From assembly GCA_963662405.2 (NCBI GenBank), contig CAXXKT010000003.1:128001-192000 (forward strand): a DNA stretch of 64,000 bases. The letters are read 5' to 3'. Each line of letters opens with the position of its first letter. The first letter of the stretch is position 1. This DNA comes from Syntrophales bacterium (GTDB lineage: Bacteria; Desulfobacterota; Syntrophia; Syntrophales; UBA2210). The notes under the pieces were generated by a model. That model was not told where the DNA came from. It saw nothing but the letters and a program-made list of their open reading frames with translations, and did no database searches. The position numbers and the translations under genes were made by a program. Below are positions 9,101-18,408 of the stretch, one piece after another.

Positions 9101-9180
9101 AAACAAAAAAGCCCTCATTCCTCACGATCGAGAAACAGGGCTTTCGATGATCAGACCATAACCCCTCCTGGTTTACGGCT
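9101..9180 (-). promoter_or_regulatory. Conserved leader element copy B (hairpin, SD-ATG-GTC-TGA, terminator)
   Basis: Stem GCCGTAA/TTATGGT around CAGGAGG; terminator AAAGCCCT..AGGGCTTTTTT; TTGACA at 9238-9243 on the minus strand. Confidence 0.6.
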
Positions 9181-9254
9181 GTTCACAAATGCGTCTACAT
9201 TTCAGATTATAACTTTATGCCATAAAATAAACAGGATTGTCAATACTTACGCGA

Positions 9255-9341
9255 TAAATAGGGACAGCGCCCATTTTTCACTTTCCTCACAAAACGATAT
9301 TTTATTCAACCATTTACAAAAATGGGCGCTGTCCCTATTTA
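9255..9341. repeat. REPIN-like element 1 (24-bp perfect inverted arms, 39-bp spacer)
   Basis: TAAATAGGGACAGCGCCCATTTTT ... AAAAATGGGCGCTGTCCCTATTTA. Confidence 0.9.
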
Positions 9342-9512
9342 CCGGAAGCTTGCTTTTCCGATTTTTCTATAGTAGTTCACGTTTCGTGTTATTCGGTCAT
9401 AGAAAATCGCTTCCGCACAAGCACCCGAAGGGATACGATAATGCCCGGCAAATCGTGCTTCCAGTGAACAGCGAAAGACTCCTGAAAACAACCGTACAAC
9501 AAAAATAATTCT

Positions 9513-11159
9513 ATGATCTACGATTCCATCGCTCTGCTCCTTGGAGGCTTGGGGCTCTTTTTCGTCGGCATACGGATGGTCAGCAGCAATCTGAAACTGA
9601 TGACCAGCAGAAAGCTCAAGCTGACAATTGCCCGATTAACCGATAGTGGAATCGCCGCCGGAATATGGGGTACGCTTTTCGGATTCATCACACAGAGCTC
9701 TTCAGCCGCGGCCTTTATCATGGCCGGCCTCAATTCGAGCGGCCTTCTGTCGGTACGCAAATCCCTCCCCATAATACTTTGGTCAAACGCGGGTTGTACC
9801 GCGCTTGTCCTGCTTGCCGTTATCGATATCCGAGATGCCGTTCTGATACTCCTCGGCATCTCCGGCATCTGCTACGCCTTTGAACAACCGAAAAAATTTC
9901 AACACGTACTGGGAGCGCTTTTCGGCATATCGCTCCTCTTCCTCGGCCTGCACATGTTGAGCACCGGGGCGGCACCCATTGCCGAAACCCGATGGATCAA
10001 GGATCTTCTCTATAACACGAGAAGTTCCTATGCTCTTACCTTTCTGATCGGGGCGGTACTGGCCTTTGTTACGCAAACCGCCATGGGCGTCATCATCATT
10101 GCCGTCGCCATGACCAAATCGGGGCTTTTTACCATCGATCAGACCCTGATGATCATATACGGCGCTCACGTGGGAGCCAGTATAACAGACAGCATCCTCT
10201 CCATGAGTCTCAAGGGTTCACCCAAGCAGTCCGCGATGGCTCAAGTTTTTTTTGACGGATCCGCCGGCATCATATTCATGCTGTTGCTGTATGTCGAAAT
10301 CTATACCGGCATTCCACTGGTCAAGGCCCTTTTGGGCTTCCTCTTCGAAGATATCGCGCAACAGGCGGCCTTCGTGGTGATCTTTATGAATATTCTCATA
10401 CTCACCCTGTGGTCCTTTATGCTGGATCCCTTTTATCGTCTTCTCGAACGTTTCTGGCCTCCCCTTGAAGAAGAGGCGCTGTCAAAGATAAAATTTATTC
10501 ATGAGCATACCGCTGGGGAACCGGACACGGCTGTTCTGCTTATAGAAAAAGAGGTGCACCGCCTGATGCAGCGTATCCCTCTCTATCTGGAAAAACTGCG
10601 TTTGGACAATAATTCCGATCAAGGGCCCTCTCTTGAGTCTTATCACGCCGCATTTGCCGAGGTTTCAAGTGAAATCAAAGCGTTTATCACCGATGTGTTC
10701 CGCCGGGATCTTTCCTTGGGGACATCGGAGGCACTCATCAATGTACAGGATCGCCACAATCTTGTCATCGCTCTTGAGGGTAATTATTATGGTCTTATCG
10801 GGACAATGCGGGAAACAGCTGTCTCTGAGGGAAAAGCCGCCAGCCTTGCCATGAACATTGCCGAAAGTCTCGACTCCATCGTACTCACTGCTATTGATGT
10901 TACGGAGGATCCCGATCAAAGGGATCTGGATATCCTTTTGTCACTCACATCGGATAGGGGACAGTTAATGGAAAAGATTCGCCGCAGCTATCTTTCATCA
11001 GAAGACGATCTCGGCATCGAGGAACGCTCGCTGATTCTCTATGTAACCAACCTTTTTGAGCGATCCGTCTGGACACTGGGACGCTATGGAAAACTATTGA
11101 AAATAACGGGGCAGACCAAGGTAAATAGGGACAGCGCCCATTTTTTACTTACCAAATAA
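9513..11159 (+). CDS. Na/Pi cotransporter family protein with PhoU-like C-terminal region
   Basis: GGLGLFFVGI, TQSSSAA, repeated hydrophobic halves, helical soluble C-terminus. Confidence 0.8.
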   Translation: MIYDSIALLLGGLGLFFVGIRMVSSNLKLMTSRKLKLTIARLTDSGIAAGIWGTLFGFITQSSSAAAFIMAGLNSSGLLSVRKSLPIILWSNAGCTALVLLAVIDIRDAVLILLGISGICYAFEQPKKFQHVLGALFGISLLFLGLHMLSTGAAPIAETRWIKDLLYNTRSSYALTFLIGAVLAFVTQTAMGVIIIAVAMTKSGLFTIDQTLMIIYGAHVGASITDSILSMSLKGSPKQSAMAQVFFDGSAGIIFMLLLYVEIYTGIPLVKALLGFLFEDIAQQAAFVVIFMNILILTLWSFMLDPFYRLLERFWPPLEEEALSKIKFIHEHTAGEPDTAVLLIEKEVHRLMQRIPLYLEKLRLDNNSDQGPSLESYHAAFAEVSSEIKAFITDVFRRDLSLGTSEALINVQDRHNLVIALEGNYYGLIGTMRETAVSEGKAASLAMNIAESLDSIVLTAIDVTEDPDQRDLDILLSLTSDRGQLMEKIRRSYLSSEDDLGIEERSLILYVTNLFERSVWTLGRYGKLLKITGQTKVNRDSAHFLLTK

Positions 11160-11210
11160 AACAGACTTCTATTCAAACATTTACAAAAATGGGCGCTGTC
11201 CCTATTTACC
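11120..11210. repeat. REPIN-like element 2 (26-bp arms, 39-bp spacer)
   Basis: GGTAAATAGGGACAGCGCCCATTTTT ... AAAAATGGGCGCTGTCCCTATTTACC; spacer 28/39 identical to element 1. Confidence 0.9.
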
Positions 11211-11600
11211 CTAGTGAACATAGACCTCGACGGAACACCCCGACCGTTTGAGGATCACTTTGATGTCACGGCATTTTGTTAATGTTCTTACTTTCCATTG
11301 GGGGGCGGGGCAGCCTTCCCATTGCTTGTTCGGACAAACGCCTATGTCGTCCCAGCAGAGGCCTTTATTGTACCATTTGTCATTTGAGTACGTCACCGTC
11401 TCTCCCGGGTGGATGCCTTGGCTGTCGTTAAAATTATGCACGTTCTCCAACAATCCCCAACGGACGGCTGTATAGACCTTTCCATCTTCCTCGGATAATT
11501 CGCTCGTCACGGTAATGGTATATGCCCCTGCCGGGATGACGCTGCAAACGGACAGTACGATAATGGCAAGGCACCCTAACAAAACGGCTTTCTTTTTCAT
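11211..11600 (-). CDS. Small secreted cysteine-containing hypothetical protein
   Basis: MKKK plus hydrophobic signal ending AGA; GGAGGG RBS; 5 Cys in the mature part. Confidence 0.65.
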   Translation of the reverse strand: MKKKAVLLGCLAIIVLSVCSVIPAGAYTITVTSELSEEDGKVYTAVRWGLLENVHNFNDSQGIHPGETVTYSNDKWYNKGLCWDDIGVCPNKQWEGCPAPQWKVRTLTKCRDIKVILKRSGCSVEVYVH

Positions 11601-11777
11601 GGTCTTCCCTCCATTTTGTGCGTAAGCAGAGAATCGAAACGATTATGATAATGAAATGTACCGTTTAGTGCCTTGAGGGTCAAGAAGAATGTGCCCCTCT
11701 TTTACAATGGTGCATCAGGGGCGGGAACGTGTTATGGGGTACAGGGCAGTCAGTTGCCAGATGATAAGGAGAAGAGG

Positions 11778-12296
11778 GTGAAGATATCCGAGATGAGCTT
11801 TCCCCGCCAACTGGAGGCGGACGGCTCGGCCGACACGATTCGCGGGGCCTTGATGACGCGCACCGCGAAGCTCTGGGCCGGGGGCAGGGGAGAGGTGCCG
11901 GTCATCGCTCTCAGTGAGCCGCTGAAAACGGTATTACAACAGGCGCGGGGGCAGGGGCGGATCAGGATCGGCTTCGATCAGATCCTCCGGAAGCTCACCG
12001 GCGAGAAGAAGGGGATTGCCGGTGTCAGGGAGCAGACGGATGCCCCGTACGGGGACCGGATTTCGCGGCTGCTTCTCTTTTCCAACGACGGGGCGGAGCG
12101 CTTCTACCGCAATGTCGAACAGCTCCTGGAGGGGCACGCGCCCCGGGTGCTCGGCTGTCTCCTGGAGGCCGACAGCGCCGCCCTGGGCGGGCTGTTCTCG
12201 AATAATGGGGGGGCGATCAAGATCGTCATGGCCGAACACAAGGATGTCGTCGCCGATGTCCTGCGTATTTTTAATAGGGACAGCGCCCATTTTTGA
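11778..12296 (+). CDS. Hypothetical protein, possibly L7Ae/L30e-like RNA-binding fold
   Basis: LQQARGQGRIRIG..LLLFSND..SAALG..IKIVM pattern resembles L7Ae/YlxQ; AAGGAG before GTG 11778. Confidence 0.5.
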   Translation: MKISEMSFPRQLEADGSADTIRGALMTRTAKLWAGGRGEVPVIALSEPLKTVLQQARGQGRIRIGFDQILRKLTGEKKGIAGVREQTDAPYGDRISRLLLFSNDGAERFYRNVEQLLEGHAPRVLGCLLEADSAALGGLFSNNGGAIKIVMAEHKDVVADVLRIFNRDSAHF

Positions 12297-12361
12297 ATGC
12301 GCAGTAATGGGGTAATCTCTTGAAGTTGTGTTACAAAAAATGGGCGCTGTCCCTATTAAAA
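12269..12361. repeat. REPIN-like element 3 (26-bp arms, 41-bp spacer)
   Basis: TTTTAATAGGGACAGCGCCCATTTTT ... AAAAATGGGCGCTGTCCCTATTAAAA. Confidence 0.9.
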
Positions 12362-12368
12362 GGTGTGT

Positions 12369-13109
12369 ATGCTTGAGTTGAGCGTGTTGAGCTGGGTGCT
12401 GGTCGCGTTGTGCTCGATCATGGTCGGGGTGGCCAAGGCGGGGATCCCCGGCGTGGGGGTCCTCATCGTTCCCCTCATGGCGACGGCGCTCCCCACGGGG
12501 ACATCGATCGGGTTTGTTCTGGGGGTTCTGATTGTGGGCGATCTCTTCGCCATCATCTACCACCGGCGCAACGCGAAATGGGCCTATATGCTGCACCTTT
12601 TCCCCGCCGCGGTGGCGGGGATCGTCGCCGGTTATTTAATCCTCGGGCTCGTCACCGAACAGCAGCTCCGGCCGATGATCGGGGGGATTACCCTGGTGAT
12701 GCTCGCCGTCAATTACTGGCGCGAGAGGGATCGGACCGAAGAGACGCGCGTCCCGACGCAGTGGTGGTTCGCCGCCGGGATCGGCTTTATCGCCGGGATC
12801 ACCTCGATGATGGCGAATGCCGCCGGTCCCATCATGATGATCTATCTCCTTGCGATGCGGCTGCCCAAGATCGAATTCGTCGGGACCGGGGCCTGGTTCT
12901 TTTTCATCGTCAACTGGATCAAGGTCCCCTTCAGCGCACATCTGGCCCTCATGACGCCGGAAACGATCACAGTGAACCTCATGATGGTGCCCTTCGTCGC
13001 CGCCGGCGCGGTCCTGGGCATATTCCTCCTGCACCGGGTCCCCCAGAAGGCCTTTAACGCCATCGTCGAGGTCCTGGCGGTCGTTGCCGCGGTGAAGCTG
13101 ATGATCTGA
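12369..13109 (+). CDS. TauE/SafE sulfite exporter family membrane protein
   Basis: GVAKAGIPGVG, TSMMANAAGP, about 8 TM segments. Confidence 0.8.
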   Translation: MLELSVLSWVLVALCSIMVGVAKAGIPGVGVLIVPLMATALPTGTSIGFVLGVLIVGDLFAIIYHRRNAKWAYMLHLFPAAVAGIVAGYLILGLVTEQQLRPMIGGITLVMLAVNYWRERDRTEETRVPTQWWFAAGIGFIAGITSMMANAAGPIMMIYLLAMRLPKIEFVGTGAWFFFIVNWIKVPFSAHLALMTPETITVNLMMVPFVAAGAVLGIFLLHRVPQKAFNAIVEVLAVVAAVKLMI

Positions 13110-13126
13110 TTGTCGAGCAGTCGAGG

Positions 13127-13147
13127 AAAAGGGCGCTGTTCCTCTTT
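13127..13147. repeat. Degenerate single REP arm
   Basis: AAAAGGGCGCTGTTCCTCTTT versus AAAATGGGCGCTGTCCCTATTT, between convergent gene ends. Confidence 0.5.
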
Positions 13148-14903
13148 AAAGTGCGGTGACCACGCGGTTTTTCCCCTGACGTTTGGCCTGGTACAGGGCC
13201 TGGTCCGCCCGGCGGATCAGGCCGGATGCGGTTTCTCCCCGGACCAACTGGGCGACGCCGATGCTGACCGTGGCCGAGACGGTTATCCCGCCCCCCGGCT
13301 TGAAGGTCCGGGCGGCGAAGCTCTGGCGGATCCGCTCCGCGGCCTGGAAACTCTGGGCTGCCTCGGCGTCAGGGAAGACCACCGTAAACTCCTCGCCCCC
13401 GTACCGGAATCCCGCGTCCTGATTCCGGATCTCGCCCGTTATAACATCTGCCAGGGCCTGCAGGACACTATCTCCCTCGGGATGCCCGTAGGTGTCATTG
13501 TAGCGCTTGAAATCGTCCACATCCATGATGATCAGAGAAAGGGGGAGGCCGGTTTCCTCCGCCTCGCGCACTTCCTCCTCCAGCCTCTGCATGAGGTAGT
13601 CCTTGTTGTACAGGCCGGTCAGTCCATCGGTCTCGCTGGCCTTCTTGTACAGGGCCCGTGATCGGGCCAGGACCAGTTTTTCTCTTTCCAGGGCCCGAAT
13701 CCTGTCGGCCAGGGCGAAGGACAGCAGCACGGCTTCGATGGCCGGACCCAGGGTGAAGAGCGTGTTGCTCGGGATGTTGACCGGTATGACGCCCAGGGTC
13801 CAGAGGACGTAGATCAGCGTCCCGATCATGAAAAACAGGTTTGCCAGGATATAGTACCTGGCCGTTTCGAACCCCTGCCGCCACCGGAGAATCCCCACAA
13901 TGATCAGGTTGACCGGGCCCAGGATACCGGCAGCGTTGGCCACAAGGGCGGCCGCCTCGTGCCAGCTCAGGAGCCCGAACAGAGCGATAATCAGGGCGGC
14001 GACCTTGAAGAATACCAGCACCCGGTGCCAGCGGGGCGTGTGGATCCTGGTGTCAAAGAAGCGCTGGCAGAAGCTGATGGAGAAGAAGATCGATGTCCCG
14101 AGGAAGACCCACTCCAGTACCTGTAACATGTTCCCGTCCAGTTGAACGACCGCGCTGGCATGCCCGTTGAAGAGAAGGAAGTACGTAATGAATGAAAGCA
14201 TGTAAAAGACGTAGATGAGGTAGATGCCGTTCCTGAGGGAAAAGAAGATGAAGAGGTTGTACAGGACCATGGCGAGCATGATTCCGTAGATTAGCCCGAA
14301 GTAGAAATAATCGTACATCGCGTACGTGTTGAAGATATCATCCGTCCTCAGGACGAGCGGAATCGTGTCGGGGCCGAACGAACCGAAGCGGAGGTAATAG
14401 GTCGCCGTCTGGTTTGACCGGGTATCGATATGGAAAGAATAGTTTCGGAAAGGCAGGGTCGTTGGATTTCCCCTTTGGGAGCGGTTCCCCTCGACCGGAC
14501 GATAGCCGGTCTCTGTGTCCGGATCGGGAAGGTACAGCTCCACCATGTCCACGATGGAACAGTTTATCTCCAGCACCCACCGGTGTTTTCCCTGAGCCGC
14601 CGGTGTGCGGTCCCGCAGTTGCAAACGGACCCACGTCCTGTCGGGTTCACCGGGGAGATGCACGTGGCTGGTCGTGTTGGGCTCAAACTGCCGGGCCGCC
14701 GAAGGCGCAAGGACACCCTTGATGGTCATCGTCCCGCCCGGGTCTCTCAGAACCGAGATATGAGAACCCACATCGATGCGTCCCGTCTCCACGGACAGAT
14801 CGATGGGAGCGCCGGACGTCGGACAGGGCCCCTGGAAGACGCAGAACCACAGCGCCGGAATGCAGAACACAATCCGCCTGAAGATCATCGAGGAGTTCGG
14901 CAT
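13146..14903 (-). CDS. 7TMR-DISM sensor diguanylate cyclase
   Basis: Periplasmic DISMED2-like region, FGLIYGIMLAMVLYNLFIF 7TM, DGLTGLYN, RYGGEEF, ADQALYQAK. Confidence 0.9.
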   Translation of the reverse strand: MPNSSMIFRRIVFCIPALWFCVFQGPCPTSGAPIDLSVETGRIDVGSHISVLRDPGGTMTIKGVLAPSAARQFEPNTTSHVHLPGEPDRTWVRLQLRDRTPAAQGKHRWVLEINCSIVDMVELYLPDPDTETGYRPVEGNRSQRGNPTTLPFRNYSFHIDTRSNQTATYYLRFGSFGPDTIPLVLRTDDIFNTYAMYDYFYFGLIYGIMLAMVLYNLFIFFSLRNGIYLIYVFYMLSFITYFLLFNGHASAVVQLDGNMLQVLEWVFLGTSIFFSISFCQRFFDTRIHTPRWHRVLVFFKVAALIIALFGLLSWHEAAALVANAAGILGPVNLIIVGILRWRQGFETARYYILANLFFMIGTLIYVLWTLGVIPVNIPSNTLFTLGPAIEAVLLSFALADRIRALEREKLVLARSRALYKKASETDGLTGLYNKDYLMQRLEEEVREAEETGLPLSLIIMDVDDFKRYNDTYGHPEGDSVLQALADVITGEIRNQDAGFRYGGEEFTVVFPDAEAAQSFQAAERIRQSFAARTFKPGGGITVSATVSIGVAQLVRGETASGLIRRADQALYQAKRQGKNRVVTAL

Positions 14904-15379
14904 GTATTTTTCCTTTCTGCGCATTCCGTGAGCCATGCGCGGCACGGCCGGTAATCCGATCCGTGGGCGGTCCGTCGGCAGTCTTTGTGTGGTAAGAATA
15001 ATCCGTGGCAGTGATTTGTGCGACGCACAACACGCAGTGAGACATATAAATAACGGTTCTCAAACTGTCAATACAATATATCGAAAAAGGCATAGAATTT
15101 TCGATATCTGCTCCTCTGTGCTTTCGGTGAGAGGGAAGAGAGACTGTCCCTGTGTTCACGGAATGAATCATTCATATGTTTTTAAATTAATTTTGACAGA
15201 GAACCCATATTGTGTCAGACAAAGCATGCATTTTTGTTGAACGCCGATACATCTTTTCGGCATGAGAAATACCGCGATAGTGATAACAAGCGATAACGCG
15301 CTTTCCGTGAGGGAGAGGGAACAGGACTCGGCCCTTTTTCTTTTCCTGTTTATTTGATTTCCATTTCGGAGGTTTCGGT

Positions 15380-16228
15380 ATGAACGGAAACAAAATTCTT
15401 CCACTGTTTTTATTTGTCTGTTTTTCACTTATCCTTTCTTTTGTAATGATCCCGTCGCCTGTGCGTGGGGCCGTGGGAGATCTGACCATCAGCACCCCCG
15501 CGGCGAACCCGTCGCAGGGTTCCACCTTTACGTCGGAGATCACCGTGGATGTGGGCACTCGGGTTGTCGGGGCTTACGACGTGGTTTTCACCTTCAACAG
15601 GAATGTCCTGCAGATCCAGACCGTAGGAGCAGGGGCGCCGGAGTTGGGGACTCCAGTTGACAGTGGTATTGCGGCGGCAAACACGAACGGATGGATTCTC
15701 GTGAACGCGCTGAATGCGGCCAGTCTTACTGCTCCCACGGGGATCGTGGACTTATTCAGCATCACCTTTCAGGTCGTCGGTGCGCCGGGCACCACCAGCA
15801 CACTCCAGGTAGCGATAACCAGTTTTTGGGATGTCAATTTCAGCGATATTCCGTGCACACCGATCGATTCCCAGGTCACGGTCGCATCCCCACCGATCGT
15901 TGTCAGCTTCACGGCGACCCCCTCGTCGATCACCGCCGGGGAAACCGCAACCCTCGCGTGGAACGTGACGGGCGCGACAACCGTGACTATCGGCCCCGGT
16001 ATCGGTACGGTGGACCCTTCCGGCGGGACAACAGTCGTGTCTCCCGCCGCCACGACAACCTACACCCTGACGGCGACCAACGCCGAAGGTTCGGTAACCG
16101 CTCACGCGACGGTGATCGTCATAGAGACAGTTCCCACCCTGAACCGATGGGGGATGATCCTCATGGGATTGGCTGTGGTGTGTATCGCATTCCTGACGGT
16201 GAGGAAACGGGACGCGACGACCGCCTAG
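15380..16228 (+). CDS. Cohesin-domain surface protein with IPTL-CTERM sorting signal
   Basis: Signal peptide; cohesin-like GAYDVVFTFN..LFSITF; Ig-like SFTATPSSITAG; C-terminal VPTLNRWG-TM-RKR. Confidence 0.75.
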   Translation: MNGNKILPLFLFVCFSLILSFVMIPSPVRGAVGDLTISTPAANPSQGSTFTSEITVDVGTRVVGAYDVVFTFNRNVLQIQTVGAGAPELGTPVDSGIAAANTNGWILVNALNAASLTAPTGIVDLFSITFQVVGAPGTTSTLQVAITSFWDVNFSDIPCTPIDSQVTVASPPIVVSFTATPSSITAGETATLAWNVTGATTVTIGPGIGTVDPSGGTTVVSPAATTTYTLTATNAEGSVTAHATVIVIETVPTLNRWGMILMGLAVVCIAFLTVRKRDATTA

Positions 16229-16310
16229 ATGAAAATTCTCGTTGTACTGGTCTGTTCGTTTTGTTATGTTTCCCGGGCTTTTCTCTATCTCGTATCCACA
16301 GGAGCCACTT

Positions 16311-17696
16311 ATGCTGATTGATCATACTATTGTTGTCATCTATCTGCTGGCGATTCTGGTTATGGGACTCCTGTCGGGGCGTGGGGTCAAGACGCTGAAC
16401 CAATTCTCCGTCTACAAACGCTCGTACGGTTCGATGGTCATTTTCGCCACGCTGGCCGCCTCCTTTATCGGCGGCGGTTTTTCCATGGGCAATGCCGGCA
16501 AGGTGTACGCCATCGGCATTATCTCCGTGGTTGGTCTGTGGGGATTCAGCCTGAAGGAGCTCCTGGTGGCCGCCTTTATCGCGCCGCGGGTGCAGGGTTT
16601 CCGGGATTGCATCTCCGTGGGCGATGTGATGGAGATCAACTACGGCAAATCCGGGCGGATCATTACCGGCGTGCTGGGACTGCTGGTCTGTATGGGCATC
16701 ACCGGGGCGCAGGTGGGCGCCATGGGGGCGGTATTCGAACAATTCACGGGTATGTCGCGCAACGTGGGTATCCTGGCCGGCTGTGGTATCGTGATCGCCT
16801 ACACCACGGCCGGGGGGATGCGCGCCGTGGTACGGACCGATGTTATCCAGTTTTTCCTGCTTGCCGTGGGCATACCGCTCATGCTCTTTCTGGGGCTGCA
16901 GGAAGTAGGCGGGATTGACGGATTGCAGGCCAGGGTCCCTGCCTCTCACCTCTCGCTGTCCAACGTCCATATGACGCCGATGATGGTCTTTTCGCTGTTT
17001 CTGTCGTTCATGATCGGAGAAACACTGGTCCCACCGTATCTGCAACGGCTGTTGCTCGGTAAAGACGCCCGTGCCACGGCGGAAGGCACGCTTTACAGCG
17101 CGCTCTTTTCCATCCCGTTCTTCGCGGTCACGGGGTTGATCGGGCTGGTGGCGTTGGCATTGACCCCGGACCTGCAGGGCAACGCGCCTATGCCCTACGT
17201 GGTGCAGCACATTCTGCCGGTGGGGCTGCGCGGGCTTGTCATCGCCGGCATCATATCCATTGTCATGTCTTCGGCCGACTCATTCCTCAACTCGTCATCC
17301 GTGACGCTGGTGAACGATGTCATCAAACCGCTTTCGTCGCGGCCGATCAGCGATCGTGCCGGCCTGATCCTCGCCCGCGTCACCACACTGGTGGTGGGGG
17401 TCGGATCGGTCTGGTTTGCACTGCGCATTGAAAACGTGCTTGATATTCTTTTGTTTTCATATAATTTCTGGGCGCCGGTGGTGCTGGTGCCGATGGCGGC
17501 CACCCTGCTGGGGGTCAAGGCGCGCCCCAAGACGTTTCTGGCGGGCGCCTTCTGCGGCGTGGTGACACTCGTCATCTGGCATTGGTTCCTGAAGGATCCC
17601 GGCGGTGTCGACGGGCTGGTCATCGGCGTGCTGGCCAACCTGGTTGCCTTTGCCTCCATGCATCATATCGACCGCACGGTAACAACACTAAAATAG
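16311..17696 (+). CDS. Sodium:solute symporter (SSS) family protein
   Basis: ASFIGGG, YTTAGGMRAVVRTD, MSSADSFLNS motifs; stop codon lies inside a REP arm. Confidence 0.88.
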   Translation: MLIDHTIVVIYLLAILVMGLLSGRGVKTLNQFSVYKRSYGSMVIFATLAASFIGGGFSMGNAGKVYAIGIISVVGLWGFSLKELLVAAFIAPRVQGFRDCISVGDVMEINYGKSGRIITGVLGLLVCMGITGAQVGAMGAVFEQFTGMSRNVGILAGCGIVIAYTTAGGMRAVVRTDVIQFFLLAVGIPLMLFLGLQEVGGIDGLQARVPASHLSLSNVHMTPMMVFSLFLSFMIGETLVPPYLQRLLLGKDARATAEGTLYSALFSIPFFAVTGLIGLVALALTPDLQGNAPMPYVVQHILPVGLRGLVIAGIISIVMSSADSFLNSSSVTLVNDVIKPLSSRPISDRAGLILARVTTLVVGVGSVWFALRIENVLDILLFSYNFWAPVVLVPMAATLLGVKARPKTFLAGAFCGVVTLVIWHWFLKDPGGVDGLVIGVLANLVAFASMHHIDRTVTTLK

Positions 17697-17709
17697 GGAC
17701 AGCGCCCAT

Positions 17710-18372
17710 TTATTGCTTGCGGGGTCTTCCCCGAGGGCGGACACTGAGCGACCTTCCCAGAAGCGCCTCAATATCCTTTCTGAATTTTTCATCCCCGCAG
17801 GGCCTGCCTGACAGGGCACTTGTCCTTAATCGTTCGACGACTTCCGGTGATTCGGTATCACTGAGATACCGGGACCAGTCATCAATCTCGTCACAGAGAT
17901 GACAGGTCTTCGAAAGAATGTTATCCGAGGTGACCCCGCAGTGGCCACGAGCGCTCGACCAGGGATAGTCTTCGGGGGCGTGGACTGCTCCCGCGCGTAC
18001 CGGGTTGTTTTCTACGTAACGGATCGCAGCGTAAAGATGCCTTTCGTCAAGAATACTGGAATAAAATCGCCCCTGCCAGAGGTATCCGGTTATCCCCTTC
18101 TTGCGGTTGTAATACTGCGAGTATCGCATATGGAGGGTATTGAGGGTCCGGGCAAGTGAATCGTCCTTCCGGGGGACGCACACAAAATGAACATGATTGT
18201 TCATTAAGCAGTACGCCCAGATCTCCAGGGAATATTTCTCCGCGTATTCCTTGAGCCATGCGAGGTATTGACGGTAGTCCGTATCCGATTCAAAGACGGT
18301 CTGCCGGTAGTTTCCCCGCTGGGTTACATGGTACGGATAATCTCTGGCAATGATTCTCGCGACTCGTGGCAT
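17710..18372 (-). CDS. REP-associated tyrosine transposase (RAYT/TnpA-REP, Y1 HUH)
   Basis: MPRVAR, YHVTQRGN, YCLMNNHVH (HUH), LWQGRF, RYVENNPVRAG, YPWSS, C-terminal RGRPRK. Confidence 0.92.
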   Translation of the reverse strand: MPRVARIIARDYPYHVTQRGNYRQTVFESDTDYRQYLAWLKEYAEKYSLEIWAYCLMNNHVHFVCVPRKDDSLARTLNTLHMRYSQYYNRKKGITGYLWQGRFYSSILDERHLYAAIRYVENNPVRAGAVHAPEDYPWSSARGHCGVTSDNILSKTCHLCDEIDDWSRYLSDTESPEVVERLRTSALSGRPCGDEKFRKDIEALLGRSLSVRPRGRPRKQ

Positions 18373-18379
18373 GATGTAA

Positions 18380-18408
18380 AGTCTATGACATGACTCTCAA
18401 GCTGTCAA
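18380..18408 (-). promoter_or_regulatory. Sigma70-type promoter of the RAYT gene
   Basis: TTGACA-17 bp-TAGACT, 7 nt before the ATG. Confidence 0.6.

Noticed and set aside
17710..18372. IS200/IS605 element
   Set aside because: No tnpB; length and the WQGRF, NPVRAG and YPWSS motifs fit RAYT rather than IS200 TnpA
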